From the NCBI GenBank assembly GCA_964464055.1, contig CAYXEO010000005.1, positions 1 through 45,651 of the forward strand: a stretch of DNA of 45,651 bases, given 5' to 3'. The notes beneath the pieces were generated by a model. That model was not told the origin of the DNA. It saw only the letters and a program-made list of their open reading frames with translations, and ran no database searches. Below are positions 12,684 to 22,031 of the stretch, one piece after another. The stretch's first letter is position 1; every line of letters begins with the position of its first letter. The stretch comes from an uncultured Methanosarcinales archaeon. Its GTDB lineage: Archaea; Nanobdellota; Nanobdellia; Woesearchaeales; GW2011-AR9. The translations under genes and the position numbers were made by a program.

Positions 12684-14590
12684 ATTGTTTCTTTTTTCTT
12701 TAACGCCAAGACCACACTTAATAACCCAAAAGTAATAATAAGTAAATAAGGGATTAATTGGTACGCTTTCTCAGAACTAGATTCATAAACTATAAGTTTG
12801 GAATCTGGCATAACAGAAACTAACCCCTCTTGTTTAGAAACAATTTGTTGCTGTTGATCTAAAGAAACCCCAACAGGCAAATTATAAACATCAGATTTAG
12901 TAGATAAAGAATTCATACTCTGTTCAGATTCACATTGACAAATGTTTTCTTGTTCTGTTACAGATTCCATCACGAAAAATTCTTCCATTAATTCATAATC
13001 TGTTTTTAATCCATCTTTGTTTAATTTAACTTTCAATTTGTAATCCTTCGCATCCATCCCTTCATCAGCAAATAATTCAAAAACTAATTCTTTCTTTTCT
13101 TCAACACCTAAACTAAACTCTTGCATATTTGCATCCCGTTCTTTTTCCCCATCTAAACAAGAATAACATTTACTTCCCCGATACAAATAAGCCCATACTT
13201 TGAAATCATGCTCGTTTTGATCACCTTGCAATTCTACCTTGACAGAAACTAAATCACCTGCAAAAATAGAAGTCGGAAAATCTACCACCCGATAAGACAA
13301 TTTGTTATTTGTAACGATCGTAGAAGTTGTCCCAGACGAACCACTATTAGTACCACTAGTCCCCATGTCATCGCCACACAAACCTTTTTCTAACGCAGAA
13401 ATCACTATCTCTTGCTCTTCTAAAACCCCTAACCCTTCAACCACTAATTTCGCAGTGCCTAAATTATAACTACAACTGGATTTTAATTGTACGGGCAACA
13501 TTAATTTATATTCTTGTTCTTTAGTTTTCAAATGAAACTTTGTTTTTTCACTTAACGTTTTTACTTTTCCATCTTCTTCCCTTTCTACCCATGTTGAAAT
13601 GGAATATTTCCCAGTGTTATTTTTGTAAATTTCTACATCAAAACTAATCAAATCGCCAAAAGAGATATTAGTGTCATGCACTTTAGTGATGTTAATGAGG
13701 GAAGAACCAGCCTCTGTTATAACATCACCATTAACTTCTCCGTCACCCATCTCATTTGTTTCGTTCGTTTCATTAGATACGTTCGTTTCAACAATAACTC
13801 CTTCCATAACTAAAAACATTTTCTCAACAAAATTATCACTTAAATTAGTATCTGCACAAGAAGGTACCAAATTCATTTTAACATTAAATATCCGTTCTCG
13901 CTCATTGTTAACTAACTTCGTTTTCCATGTTTTTTGATTGGTATTGGTAGTGTTCCGTTTGCTCTTAACAATTTCACCGAACAAATCTTCTATCCAATAC
14001 TCAATTTGGAAAGGGAAATCTTGTCCCTCTTTTTCAACCACTTCTGGTTGATATTTCATACTTTCTCCTTCTTGGTAAAGATGAAATTTTCCTTCTTTAA
14101 TTTCTAAATCAATCCCAAAATCACATTCAGTCAGCGAAGAATCAATAACGCTAACATTATAACAAACCACATTATCCTCCAAATCCGATTCATTAAACGA
14201 TAAACTAATAACCGTTCCACAAATTTGATAAGCCCCAGATTCAAGTGGAGAAAAAGTTCCGGTTGATGCCGAGCTACTACACCCTACTTCTTTTGTAAAA
14301 TTATTATTAACTACTTCCCCAGTTTCCAACTTAGTAATGTTGTAAAACATTTGCACTTCATCTTTCGGACTACAAGGAGATTTGTTTTCAATTTTGATTT
14401 TAAACAATTTCGTATAAGTGTCCCCTACATAAACATCAAAATGATATTCAGACAAAACTAAATATTTACTTTCTTCGAGTTCGTTTTCAATTCCATTTTC
14501 TGCAAAAACAAAATAAGAAAATAATAAACTAAATACTAAAAATAAACCACACCAAAAATTAACCTTCCTAAAAATATTTTTTGAACACAT
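12680..14590 (-). CDS. Large secreted/surface protein with C-terminal TM anchor
   Basis: Signal-like N-terminus, many NxS/T sequons, Cys pairs, Ser/Thr linker, terminal TM followed by KKK; start probably 14590. Confidence 0.75.
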   Translation of the reverse strand: MCSKNIFRKVNFWCGLFLVFSLLFSYFVFAENGIENELEESKYLVLSEYHFDVYVGDTYTKLFKIKIENKSPCSPKDEVQMFYNITKLETGEVVNNNFTKEVGCSSSASTGTFSPLESGAYQICGTVISLSFNESDLEDNVVCYNVSVIDSSLTECDFGIDLEIKEGKFHLYQEGESMKYQPEVVEKEGQDFPFQIEYWIEDLFGEIVKSKRNTTNTNQKTWKTKLVNNERERIFNVKMNLVPSCADTNLSDNFVEKMFLVMEGVIVETNVSNETNETNEMGDGEVNGDVITEAGSSLINITKVHDTNISFGDLISFDVEIYKNNTGKYSISTWVEREEDGKVKTLSEKTKFHLKTKEQEYKLMLPVQLKSSCSYNLGTAKLVVEGLGVLEEQEIVISALEKGLCGDDMGTSGTNSGSSGTTSTIVTNNKLSYRVVDFPTSIFAGDLVSVKVELQGDQNEHDFKVWAYLYRGSKCYSCLDGEKERDANMQEFSLGVEEKKELVFELFADEGMDAKDYKLKVKLNKDGLKTDYELMEEFFVMESVTEQENICQCESEQSMNSLSTKSDVYNLPVGVSLDQQQQIVSKQEGLVSVMPDSKLIVYESSSEKAYQLIPYLLIITFGLLSVVLALKKKETI

Positions 14591-14693
14591 TTTAATATAT
14601 TCCTTGAACACCCCACACTTAAAAAACCTTGTCGTCACTATTATCGAATACTAAACAATCTTTTTAAACTAACTAATCATTAAATACAACACA

Positions 14694-15209
14694 ATGGGAT
14701 GGTTATTCGGAAAGAAAAAAAAAGTACCAAAAGTTCCGCTTCCGGCGGGAAAGCCTTTTGATGAGAATTCATTACAATTTCCACAAAAAATTTCTACAAA
14801 CAAAGTCATCAAACCCGGTGCAATTAAATCCGCAGTAGGATTTGATAAACCACCAATATTTCCAAAAGAGTTGCAAGAAGAAAAAAGTATCGAACCAGTA
14901 TTACCAATGGAAAAAGAAGATTCACAAATTTCAACATTTCCAAATACACCAGGACCAAAACCGATGCCACCAGTAAATGTGATGCAACAAACTGAAAGTA
15001 ATGATTTATTTGTTAAAGTAGAAGTTTATCAACGGATTTTAGGTGAATTAGACTTACTAAGAGACGAAATGACTAAAGTAAGTAACGCACAAAAACATCT
15101 TGAAACTTCAGAATTTAATGAAGAAAAAAATTTTGAAAAATTAAAAAGATCAATGAAAGGCCTACATGATAACATGTTACACATTGATAAAATTTTATTT
15201 AAAGTATAA
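14694..15209 (+). CDS. Hypothetical Pro-rich plus coiled-coil protein
   Basis: MGWLFGKKKK N-terminus; LFVKVEVY followed by coiled coil. Confidence 0.8.
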   Translation: MGWLFGKKKKVPKVPLPAGKPFDENSLQFPQKISTNKVIKPGAIKSAVGFDKPPIFPKELQEEKSIEPVLPMEKEDSQISTFPNTPGPKPMPPVNVMQQTESNDLFVKVEVYQRILGELDLLRDEMTKVSNAQKHLETSEFNEEKNFEKLKRSMKGLHDNMLHIDKILFKV

Positions 15210-15226
15210 TAGAGGTAATACAAAAA

Positions 15227-15454
15227 ATGGAAAAAATGCCAGTATTTGTTAAAGTTGATGATTATGATGAAGTACTTAATATCATTAAAACAATTAGACA
15301 CAAAATTGATGATGCTAAAAATACATTACTAAAAATCAACGATCTAAAAAATGAAGAAGACCACCAACTAGAATTGTGGCAAAACTCACTTTCCGAAGTT
15401 GAGAAAAAGATTGATTTTATTGACCATTCACTAAACGAACCAGAAGAATATTGA
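15227..15454 (+). CDS. Small coiled-coil protein
   Basis: PVFVKVDDY; GAGGT RBS. Confidence 0.8.
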   Translation: MEKMPVFVKVDDYDEVLNIIKTIRHKIDDAKNTLLKINDLKNEEDHQLELWQNSLSEVEKKIDFIDHSLNEPEEY

Positions 15455-15463
15455 GGTTTTGAT

Positions 15464-15943
15464 ATGACAAAAAGAAAAAAGAAAAAAACAACAAGTAAAA
15501 AACATACAGTTGTTAAAAAAAGAATTACTAAAGAAAAAAATCCAAATTTCATGGTTCAGATAAATGAACCTAAAAATGTTAGAAAAGATTTGTTAGAATC
15601 ATTACGTGAAGTAATCATTTTCATGCAAGGCAATGAAACATTTAAAAAAATTCAAGAAGAAAAAGTTGCTAAAATAACAGATTTGAAAGAAGAAATTAAA
15701 GAAATTAATACCTTATTGAACACTAAACTAAGAAAATTCTTACCAAAAGGAAAATTGAGAAATTTAACAGAAGAAGAACATCAAGAAAATCAAAATTTGG
15801 AAGAACACCATGAAGAAACAATAGCACCAAGACCTTCTTTTCAACCAAGATCTGTTCAACCAGTAAAAAGTACCGGTGACGAACTAACTAATTTAGAAAA
15901 TCAATTGAAAGATATTGAAACTCAGTTGAGAACCATCCAATAA
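15464..15943 (+). CDS. Hypothetical coiled-coil protein
   Basis: GAGGT RBS; Lys-rich N-terminus; heptad pattern. Confidence 0.78.
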   Translation: MTKRKKKKTTSKKHTVVKKRITKEKNPNFMVQINEPKNVRKDLLESLREVIIFMQGNETFKKIQEEKVAKITDLKEEIKEINTLLNTKLRKFLPKGKLRNLTEEEHQENQNLEEHHEETIAPRPSFQPRSVQPVKSTGDELTNLENQLKDIETQLRTIQ

Positions 15944-16020
15944 TTTTTTATTTCTTATTCTTTTTTTACTTTATTCATAAGAAAGTTTTATAAAACGATA
16001 ACAGATTTATTTAATCTAAC

Positions 16021-16104
16021 GTGCGCGTGCCGGAGTGGTCAAACGGGATGGACTCAAAATCCATTGACTTAGTGTCTACGCAGGTTCGAGCCCTGCCGCG
16101 CACA
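16021..16104 (+). tRNA. tRNA-Leu(CAA), CCA not encoded
   Basis: Acceptor GTGCGCG/CGCGCAC, anticodon arm ATGGA-CTCAAAA-TCCAT, long variable arm, GGTTCGAG T-loop; TATA box upstream. Confidence 0.95.
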
Positions 16105-16194
16105 TTTATATTTTTATCCAGTTATTAGTTTTTGATCAAACTTTTTTAAAAAAAGTTTGGTTCACGAGTCATCCGCGCACATTTATATTTTTAT
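16096..16194 (+). repeat. 22-bp direct repeat of the tRNA 3' end (att-like scar)
   Basis: CCGCGCACATTTATATTTTTAT at 16096-16117 and 16173-16194. Confidence 0.85.
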
Positions 16195-16249
16195 TCTTTA
16201 TCTATATAATTTAGTTAATTATTTAAATAAAAACAATAACAACAAGAAC

Positions 16250-17338
16250 ATGGCAAAAAATTCCATCGCTTCACTGGAATTAACCGCGTTGGTTAACGAA
16301 CTACAATTTTTAATAGGTGGAAAAATATCCCAAATATACCATCAGGAAAAAAAAGAACTCCTTTTCCAATTACATGCCAGAGGCGAAGGCAAACAATTAC
16401 TTAAAATCTTACCTGGAAAATATTTGTGCCTTAGTAAAGCAAAAAATACAGTTTTGAAACCATCGAGTTTCTGTATGCAACTAAGAAAATATCTTGGCAA
16501 CGCTTCAATTAACGACATTTATCAAAAAGATTCACAAAGAATTGTAGTTTTTGAACTAGAAAAAAAAGAAAAATACTATTTGATCCTAGAACTATTCTCT
16601 AAAGGAAACTTGGTCCTCACAAATACTAAATATAATACCATTGGAACCCTGGAACATCAGCGCTGGAAAGACAGGGTCGTTAAAGTTAAAGAGACCTACC
16701 AATTCCCAGCAACAAATGTTAATTGGAAAAAAATCAGTGAGAAAAAAATTAAAGAAATCATAGAAAACAGTGAAAAAAAGAACTTGGCAACAACATTAGC
16801 CACAGAACTTGGACTTGGTGGGTTGTATGCTGAAGAAATTTGTCACCTTAACGAAATTGACAAGAAAAAATTGCCAACTGAAACTACTGGGAAAGAAGTT
16901 AAACTGATCTCTCAAACAATTAAACAGTTCCTTAAACAAGTTGAAAATCCAACAGGACACATCTACGAAAAACAAATCACGCCGTTCAAATTGGTTAACG
17001 AAACTGAAACAAAAACAACTAAAACATACAGTGAAGCAATCGATACACTTAACCCTTTCGAAACTATTTCCCCTTACGAAAAACGAATCCACGTTTTAAC
17101 AAAAATGGTTGAAAATCAAGAACAAGCAATCATAAAACAAGAACAACAAATTGATCTTAACACTCAAAAAGGAGAAAAAATATACGAAAAATATCAACCA
17201 CTACAAAAACTGCTAGACTTCATCAAAAATTCTCGTCAAGAAAATAAAGAATGGAAAAAAATCACCACCGAACTAAAAAAAATTAAAAAAATTAAAAATG
17301 TTAATTTGAAAAGTAAGAAACTAACAATAGATTTGTAA
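16250..17338 (+). CDS. NFACT/Rqc2 (NEMF-like) protein, N-terminal part only
   Basis: PSSFCMQLRKYL, LILELFSKGNLVL, LGGLYAEE; start MAKNS at 16250. Confidence 0.85.
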   Translation: MAKNSIASLELTALVNELQFLIGGKISQIYHQEKKELLFQLHARGEGKQLLKILPGKYLCLSKAKNTVLKPSSFCMQLRKYLGNASINDIYQKDSQRIVVFELEKKEKYYLILELFSKGNLVLTNTKYNTIGTLEHQRWKDRVVKVKETYQFPATNVNWKKISEKKIKEIIENSEKKNLATTLATELGLGGLYAEEICHLNEIDKKKLPTETTGKEVKLISQTIKQFLKQVENPTGHIYEKQITPFKLVNETETKTTKTYSEAIDTLNPFETISPYEKRIHVLTKMVENQEQAIIKQEQQIDLNTQKGEKIYEKYQPLQKLLDFIKNSRQENKEWKKITTELKKIKKIKNVNLKSKKLTIDL

Positions 17339-17443
17339 AAAACACCATTTTAAAATAGTTATATTCCAATCTCTAAACCCTTATTAATTAACTTCTAACC
17401 ATCTTAAATTATGAGAAAAAAAAAAAAAAAAGAAAAAAACTCA

Positions 17444-18205
17444 CTACTTACTAAACCCCTTGAAAGCACTCAATATCTCTAACGGAGTAGCGAAAACTAT
17501 GGTGTTACTTTTGTCACTAGAAATATCATTGATACTCTGTAAAGTTCGTAAATGTAACGCCCCTGGTGCTTTCGCAAGTGTTGTTGCCGCTTTGGCCATG
17601 TTGTTCGCTGCCTGAACTTCACCTTCAGCTTTGATAATCACCGCTCGTTTCTCCCGTTCTGATTCTGCTTCTTTAGCCATCGTTCGTTTCATGTTCTCAG
17701 GTAATTCGACATGTTTCAAATCTACAGATTCAACTTTGATACCCCACGGATCAGAAGCTTTGTCAACAATTGTCTGAATCCGCTTAGAAATCGCGTCCCT
17801 TTTGTTAAGTAGTTCATCTAAAGTAACTTCACCAACAATGTCCCGCATAGTAGTTTGTGACAATTGCGATGTAGCATAAAAATAATTTTCCACCTGTAAA
17901 ATTGACCTGCTCGCATCTGAAACTTTGAAATATAAAACTGCATTAACTCTTACCGAAACATTGTCCTTAGTAATACAATCTTGATCAGGTACATCTACCG
18001 CCTTAACTCTTAAATCAACTCGTTCCCAACTCTGAATTAACGGAATAACTAAATTTAACCCAGGTTGCATCATCCCTGTATATTTCCCTAACGTGAATTT
18101 CACACCACGTTCATATTGATTAACAACTTTCAAACTTGCCAAAACAAGTACCACGACCCCGATAGTCATAGGGTTCAATAAACTAAATATTAATGCATTT
18201 ACCAT
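17444..18205 (-). CDS. SPFH/stomatin (slipin) family protein
   Basis: QYERGV, ITKDNVSV, PWGIKVESV, AESEREKRA. Confidence 0.93.
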   Translation of the reverse strand: MVNALIFSLLNPMTIGVVVLVLASLKVVNQYERGVKFTLGKYTGMMQPGLNLVIPLIQSWERVDLRVKAVDVPDQDCITKDNVSVRVNAVLYFKVSDASRSILQVENYFYATSQLSQTTMRDIVGEVTLDELLNKRDAISKRIQTIVDKASDPWGIKVESVDLKHVELPENMKRTMAKEAESEREKRAVIIKAEGEVQAANNMAKAATTLAKAPGALHLRTLQSINDISSDKSNTIVFATPLEILSAFKGFSK

Positions 18206-18414
18206 TTTTTATAATTAAGTGTGTATTTATCTTGTTCATTTACTGTTTAACACACTATTCCTCCTAATCTAATTGTGAAAATATGAAAAGTATATAAAAT
18301 TGTTGTTAAGCTACACTAAAAAAAACATTAAAAACAAAAAAAATAAGAAACATTAACAAATTACACCCCCTCACCTACAAAAACTTATAAACAATAAATT
18401 ACTACTAACTTAAC

Positions 18415-19548
18415 ATGGCACCAAAAAAACAAGAATCAGAATCTACCATCAACCCGTACGATGTGGAAGGGAGTATTAATTATGATAAACTAATTAATGA
18501 ATTCGGGATCAAGAAACTTACCAACACAGATTTAAAACGGATCAAAACTATCGCTGGAGAAGTTCATCCTTACTTAAGAAGAGAAATCTTTTTCGCTCAT
18601 CGAGATTTGAAATGGTGCTTAGACGAGTATGACAAAGGCAACAAGTTCTTTCTTTATACTGGCTGTGGACCAAGCGGACCAATCCACCTCGGACATTTAG
18701 GCACGTGGAGATTTACTAAATGGTTACAAGACAAGTTCGGTGTCGAGTTATGGTTCCAATTCACCGATGATGAAAAGTTCCTGTTCAAAAACAAAACTTA
18801 CCAAGAAATTCAAGCTTGGACTTACGAAAATATGTTGGATGTTATCGCTTTAGGGTTTGATCCAAAAAAAACACATTTTATTATTGATACAAAACATGCA
18901 GGAATAATGTATCCAGAAGCAATCAAAGTAGCAAAAAAAATAACATTTTCAACTATCAAATCCGCTTTCGGGTTCCAAGACTCAAACAATATTGGAAGTA
19001 TCTTTTATTCCGCCATGCAAACCGTGCCGGTATTTTTACCGAACGTACTCAAAAACGAGAACCGACCTTGCTTAATCCCGTTAGGTGTTGACCAAGACCC
19101 ACATTTCCGGATCAGTAGAGATGTTGTTAAAAAGTTGGGACACCAAAAACCGGCAATTCTACATTCAAAAATGATGCCACCGATAACAGGCATTACCGGG
19201 AAAATGAGTAGCTCAAATGCCGACCATGCCATCTTGACCACCGATACACCTAAACAAGTAAAAAAGAAAATTAATAAATATGCGTTTAGTGGCGGACAAG
19301 ACACAGTAGAAAAACATCGTAAACTTGGTGGTAACCCCGACATTGACATCGCTTACCAATGGTTAAGATACTTTGAAGAAGACGACCAGAAACTGGAACA
19401 AATCTGTAAAGACTACAAAGCAGGTAAACTTCTTAGCGGAGAATTGAAAGCCATCTTAATAGAACAAATAAACAATTTCTTATCTGAACACCAGAAACGA
19501 AGAGAGAAAGCTAAAAAACAAATCAATAAATTTGTGTATAATGTTTGA
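18415..19548 (+). CDS. trpS: Tryptophanyl-tRNA synthetase (archaeal type)
   Basis: HLGH, DQDPHFR, KMSSS, AFSGG. Confidence 0.95.
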   Translation: MAPKKQESESTINPYDVEGSINYDKLINEFGIKKLTNTDLKRIKTIAGEVHPYLRREIFFAHRDLKWCLDEYDKGNKFFLYTGCGPSGPIHLGHLGTWRFTKWLQDKFGVELWFQFTDDEKFLFKNKTYQEIQAWTYENMLDVIALGFDPKKTHFIIDTKHAGIMYPEAIKVAKKITFSTIKSAFGFQDSNNIGSIFYSAMQTVPVFLPNVLKNENRPCLIPLGVDQDPHFRISRDVVKKLGHQKPAILHSKMMPPITGITGKMSSSNADHAILTTDTPKQVKKKINKYAFSGGQDTVEKHRKLGGNPDIDIAYQWLRYFEEDDQKLEQICKDYKAGKLLSGELKAILIEQINNFLSEHQKRREKAKKQINKFVYNV

Positions 19549-19669
19549 GTTTTATGAATCAATAGATAGTTTAATTTCGGGTATTGCATTAAATAGGAAC
19601 CAAAGTATTTTAACTAATAATGTGAAACATTTTACAAGAGTTAAAGAACTTAAAATTGAAAGTTACTAA
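19541..19669 (+). pseudogene. C-terminal remnant of a VapC/PIN toxin
   Basis: Translates DSLISGIAL..ILTNNVKHFTRVKELKIESY*; N-terminal PIN region absent. Confidence 0.75.
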
Positions 19670-19750
19670 ATAATTTTACCAAAAACACAAATAACAACTT
19701 TTATATATGCTAAAAATATTCTTTTTAAAATAAAAGAGGTGATTGTAGTT

Positions 19751-19999
19751 ATGGCTAAAAGAAAATCTGTTAAACGAAAGTCTATTATTAAAACAAGAAA
19801 AAAGAGACCACAGAAATGGAAAGCTGTTCCATTAAAAAATAGTTTCATGATTTTATCAATGTTGGGATTCTTGATCACCGGTTATATGGTTACAAACACT
19901 AATTATAAAATTGCATTTTTAACAGTTTTTACTGCTATGTTTATTGCATCATTGATTAGTATGACTAAAGCACCAGTTAAATTACCAAAATATAATTAA
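19751..19999 (+). CDS. Small 2-TM membrane protein
   Basis: GAGGTG RBS; two hydrophobic segments. Confidence 0.75.
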   Translation: MAKRKSVKRKSIIKTRKKRPQKWKAVPLKNSFMILSMLGFLITGYMVTNTNYKIAFLTVFTAMFIASLISMTKAPVKLPKYN

Positions 20000-20026
20000 A
20001 AATTAAAAAAGAGGTATTATAATATA

Positions 20027-20548
20027 ATGGCGACTAAAAAAAAGTTATCCTGGATTTTCCCAATGGGAGAATTTAAACTAATGAAAATCGAATCATTTAC
20101 ATTATCAGTCTTAGCAGTAATTACATTCTTACTTTCATTCTTTGTTTTTGAACAAAGTTGGGGTAAATCTGCAATTGCAACAGTTTTATTCATCTGCTTT
20201 TACCATATTATTGCGTTCATAATCCATAAAATTAGGAAAGTAGAAGAACATTATCACTTATTACCAACCCATTTGGAAATTCACCGGAAAACAAGAACAA
20301 AAGTTAAGAAACATAAAATACCTTTAAAACAAATTAAAAGGCATAAACTTGATAAGTTCTTATTGGGGGGTTACTTATTAACTAAAAAAGGTAAAAAACA
20401 TTTACTTTTCTTTAACACTAAAAAAGAATTAGAAAACTTTGAAAATTTTATTAAAAAACATACTGGACCGATTAAAAGAAAAGTGATTAAAGCTAAAACG
20501 GTAATCAAAAAAGTTATCAAAAGAAAAGCTGTTAAAAAAAGACAGTAA
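20027..20548 (+). CDS. 2-TM membrane protein with basic soluble domain
   Basis: GAGGT RBS; TM pair. Confidence 0.75.
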   Translation: MATKKKLSWIFPMGEFKLMKIESFTLSVLAVITFLLSFFVFEQSWGKSAIATVLFICFYHIIAFIIHKIRKVEEHYHLLPTHLEIHRKTRTKVKKHKIPLKQIKRHKLDKFLLGGYLLTKKGKKHLLFFNTKKELENFENFIKKHTGPIKRKVIKAKTVIKKVIKRKAVKKRQ

Positions 20549-20643
20549 AGAAAAAACCAACTAATGGAAAAGTAACAAAAAAACGAAGAAGATAAACCTT
20601 TTTATTTCTTTTATTTTTTATTTCTAACTTTATTTTACAAAAA

Positions 20644-20955
20644 TCACTTCTCACCTAAACTTTTACCATCAAACTTCTCTCGTGCTTTGCCTTCTTTCCA
20701 AAATACGACATGCGATGCACGTTTCTCAAATAAAGCAATAGCAATTTTGTTTTGGATATGATCTTGATTAATGCCGTGCTTGATCGCTAACCCCTTCGCA
20801 TCAAATAAACATTCATCAAATAACCGTAAATTGTCCTGCCGACAAGCTTCCTCTGCCTCTTTTTCTTCCATCGCGGTCAAAACAACTTCTTCCCAAACAG
20901 GATAACTTGTCCCAGAGACAGTTTTCGGAAAAGTTTTACTAAATCTTGCTACCAT
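20644..20955 (-). CDS. Hypothetical protein
   Basis: Start MVARFS at 20955, downstream of a divergent TATA box; the longer ORF-track version overlaps the GTPase. Confidence 0.7.
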   Translation of the reverse strand: MVARFSKTFPKTVSGTSYPVWEEVVLTAMEEKEAEEACRQDNLRLFDECLFDAKGLAIKHGINQDHIQNKIAIALFEKRASHVVFWKEGKAREKFDGKSLGEK

Positions 20956-21010
20956 AAAAACAAAATAAATTAAAGGAATATTTATATATTTCGCACCTAA
21001 ACAAGTTATC

Positions 21011-21739
21011 ATGGCAGGATTTTGGGCACACGTAAATAAAGTACTTAAAGAAGCAGAAATAATTATCGAAGTATTAGATGCCCGAATGATCGAAGATACC
21101 AGAAACCAAGAACTGGAACAAAAAATTGAAAGACACAATAAAAAAATTCTTTTCGCAATCAATAAATGCGACCTTATTGACCAAAACCACGCTGAACAAA
21201 TTAAAAAACGATTAAAACCGAGCGTTTTCATTTCTAGTAAAGACCATTTAGGCACTACACTTTTGAAAAAGAAAATATTGGAATTGTCCAGAGGAAAAGC
21301 GGTCATTGTTGGTGTTGTGGGTTACCCTAACGTAGGAAAATCTTCATTAATTAACGCCTTGTCAGGTAAAGGTGCTGCTAAAACGTCTTCCGAGAGTGGA
21401 TATACTAAAGGGATGCAAAAAATTCGGGTTGATAACAAAATCATGATTCTGGACACCCCAGGAGTATTACCTAATAAAGAAAAAAACGAAATTAAACATG
21501 GTAAAACAGGGGCACTAAGTTACGAAAAAATCAAAGATTCCGAAACTGTGGCTTTGACACTTATCACTGACCAAACAAAAAAAATAAAAAAATTTTATGA
21601 TCTAGAAACCGATGACCCGGAAGAAATATTGGAACAGATCGCTTTCAAATTCAATAAACTAATTTCTAAAGGAAAACCAAACTTGGATGCTGCTGCCAGG
21701 AAGTTATTGAAGGACTGGCAGATTGGGAATATCAAGTGA
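21011..21739 (+). CDS. YlqF/RbgA-like circularly permuted GTPase
   Basis: VLDAR, NKCD, GYPNVGKSS, DTPG in permuted order. Confidence 0.92.
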   Translation: MAGFWAHVNKVLKEAEIIIEVLDARMIEDTRNQELEQKIERHNKKILFAINKCDLIDQNHAEQIKKRLKPSVFISSKDHLGTTLLKKKILELSRGKAVIVGVVGYPNVGKSSLINALSGKGAAKTSSESGYTKGMQKIRVDNKIMILDTPGVLPNKEKNEIKHGKTGALSYEKIKDSETVALTLITDQTKKIKKFYDLETDDPEEILEQIAFKFNKLISKGKPNLDAAARKLLKDWQIGNIK

Positions 21740-21749
21740 AAACACAGTT

Positions 21750-22031
21750 CTTTCAAACAACTCTACTTTTTTAGAAGGAATTGATTGAATTAATCTTAAC
21801 ATCGTTTGAGTATTAGCACAATCTGTTAATCTCATTTTCCCATCTTCTGCTTTTAATTTCAAAACCTTCTTCATTAATTTCATTTTTAATTCCGATCAAT
21901 ATTTTCTAATTCTTGAACTATTCGTTAATACTTTTACCACATCAATAACAGAATAATACCTCTCATCATTAAACCATGTTCTTCTAATTTCCCAATCTTC
22001 AAATATCACAATTTTATTTTTTATTTTTCAT
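21750..22031 (-). pseudogene. Bro-N domain protein pseudogene
   Basis: IRRTW..YYSVIDVV..RKY*SELK..LKAEDGKMRLTDCANT..RLIQSIPS; frameshift after the ATG, internal TGA, truncated. Confidence 0.8.

Noticed and set aside
17415..17440. Long A/T homopolymer runs
   Set aside because: Typical U-rich terminators between convergent genes
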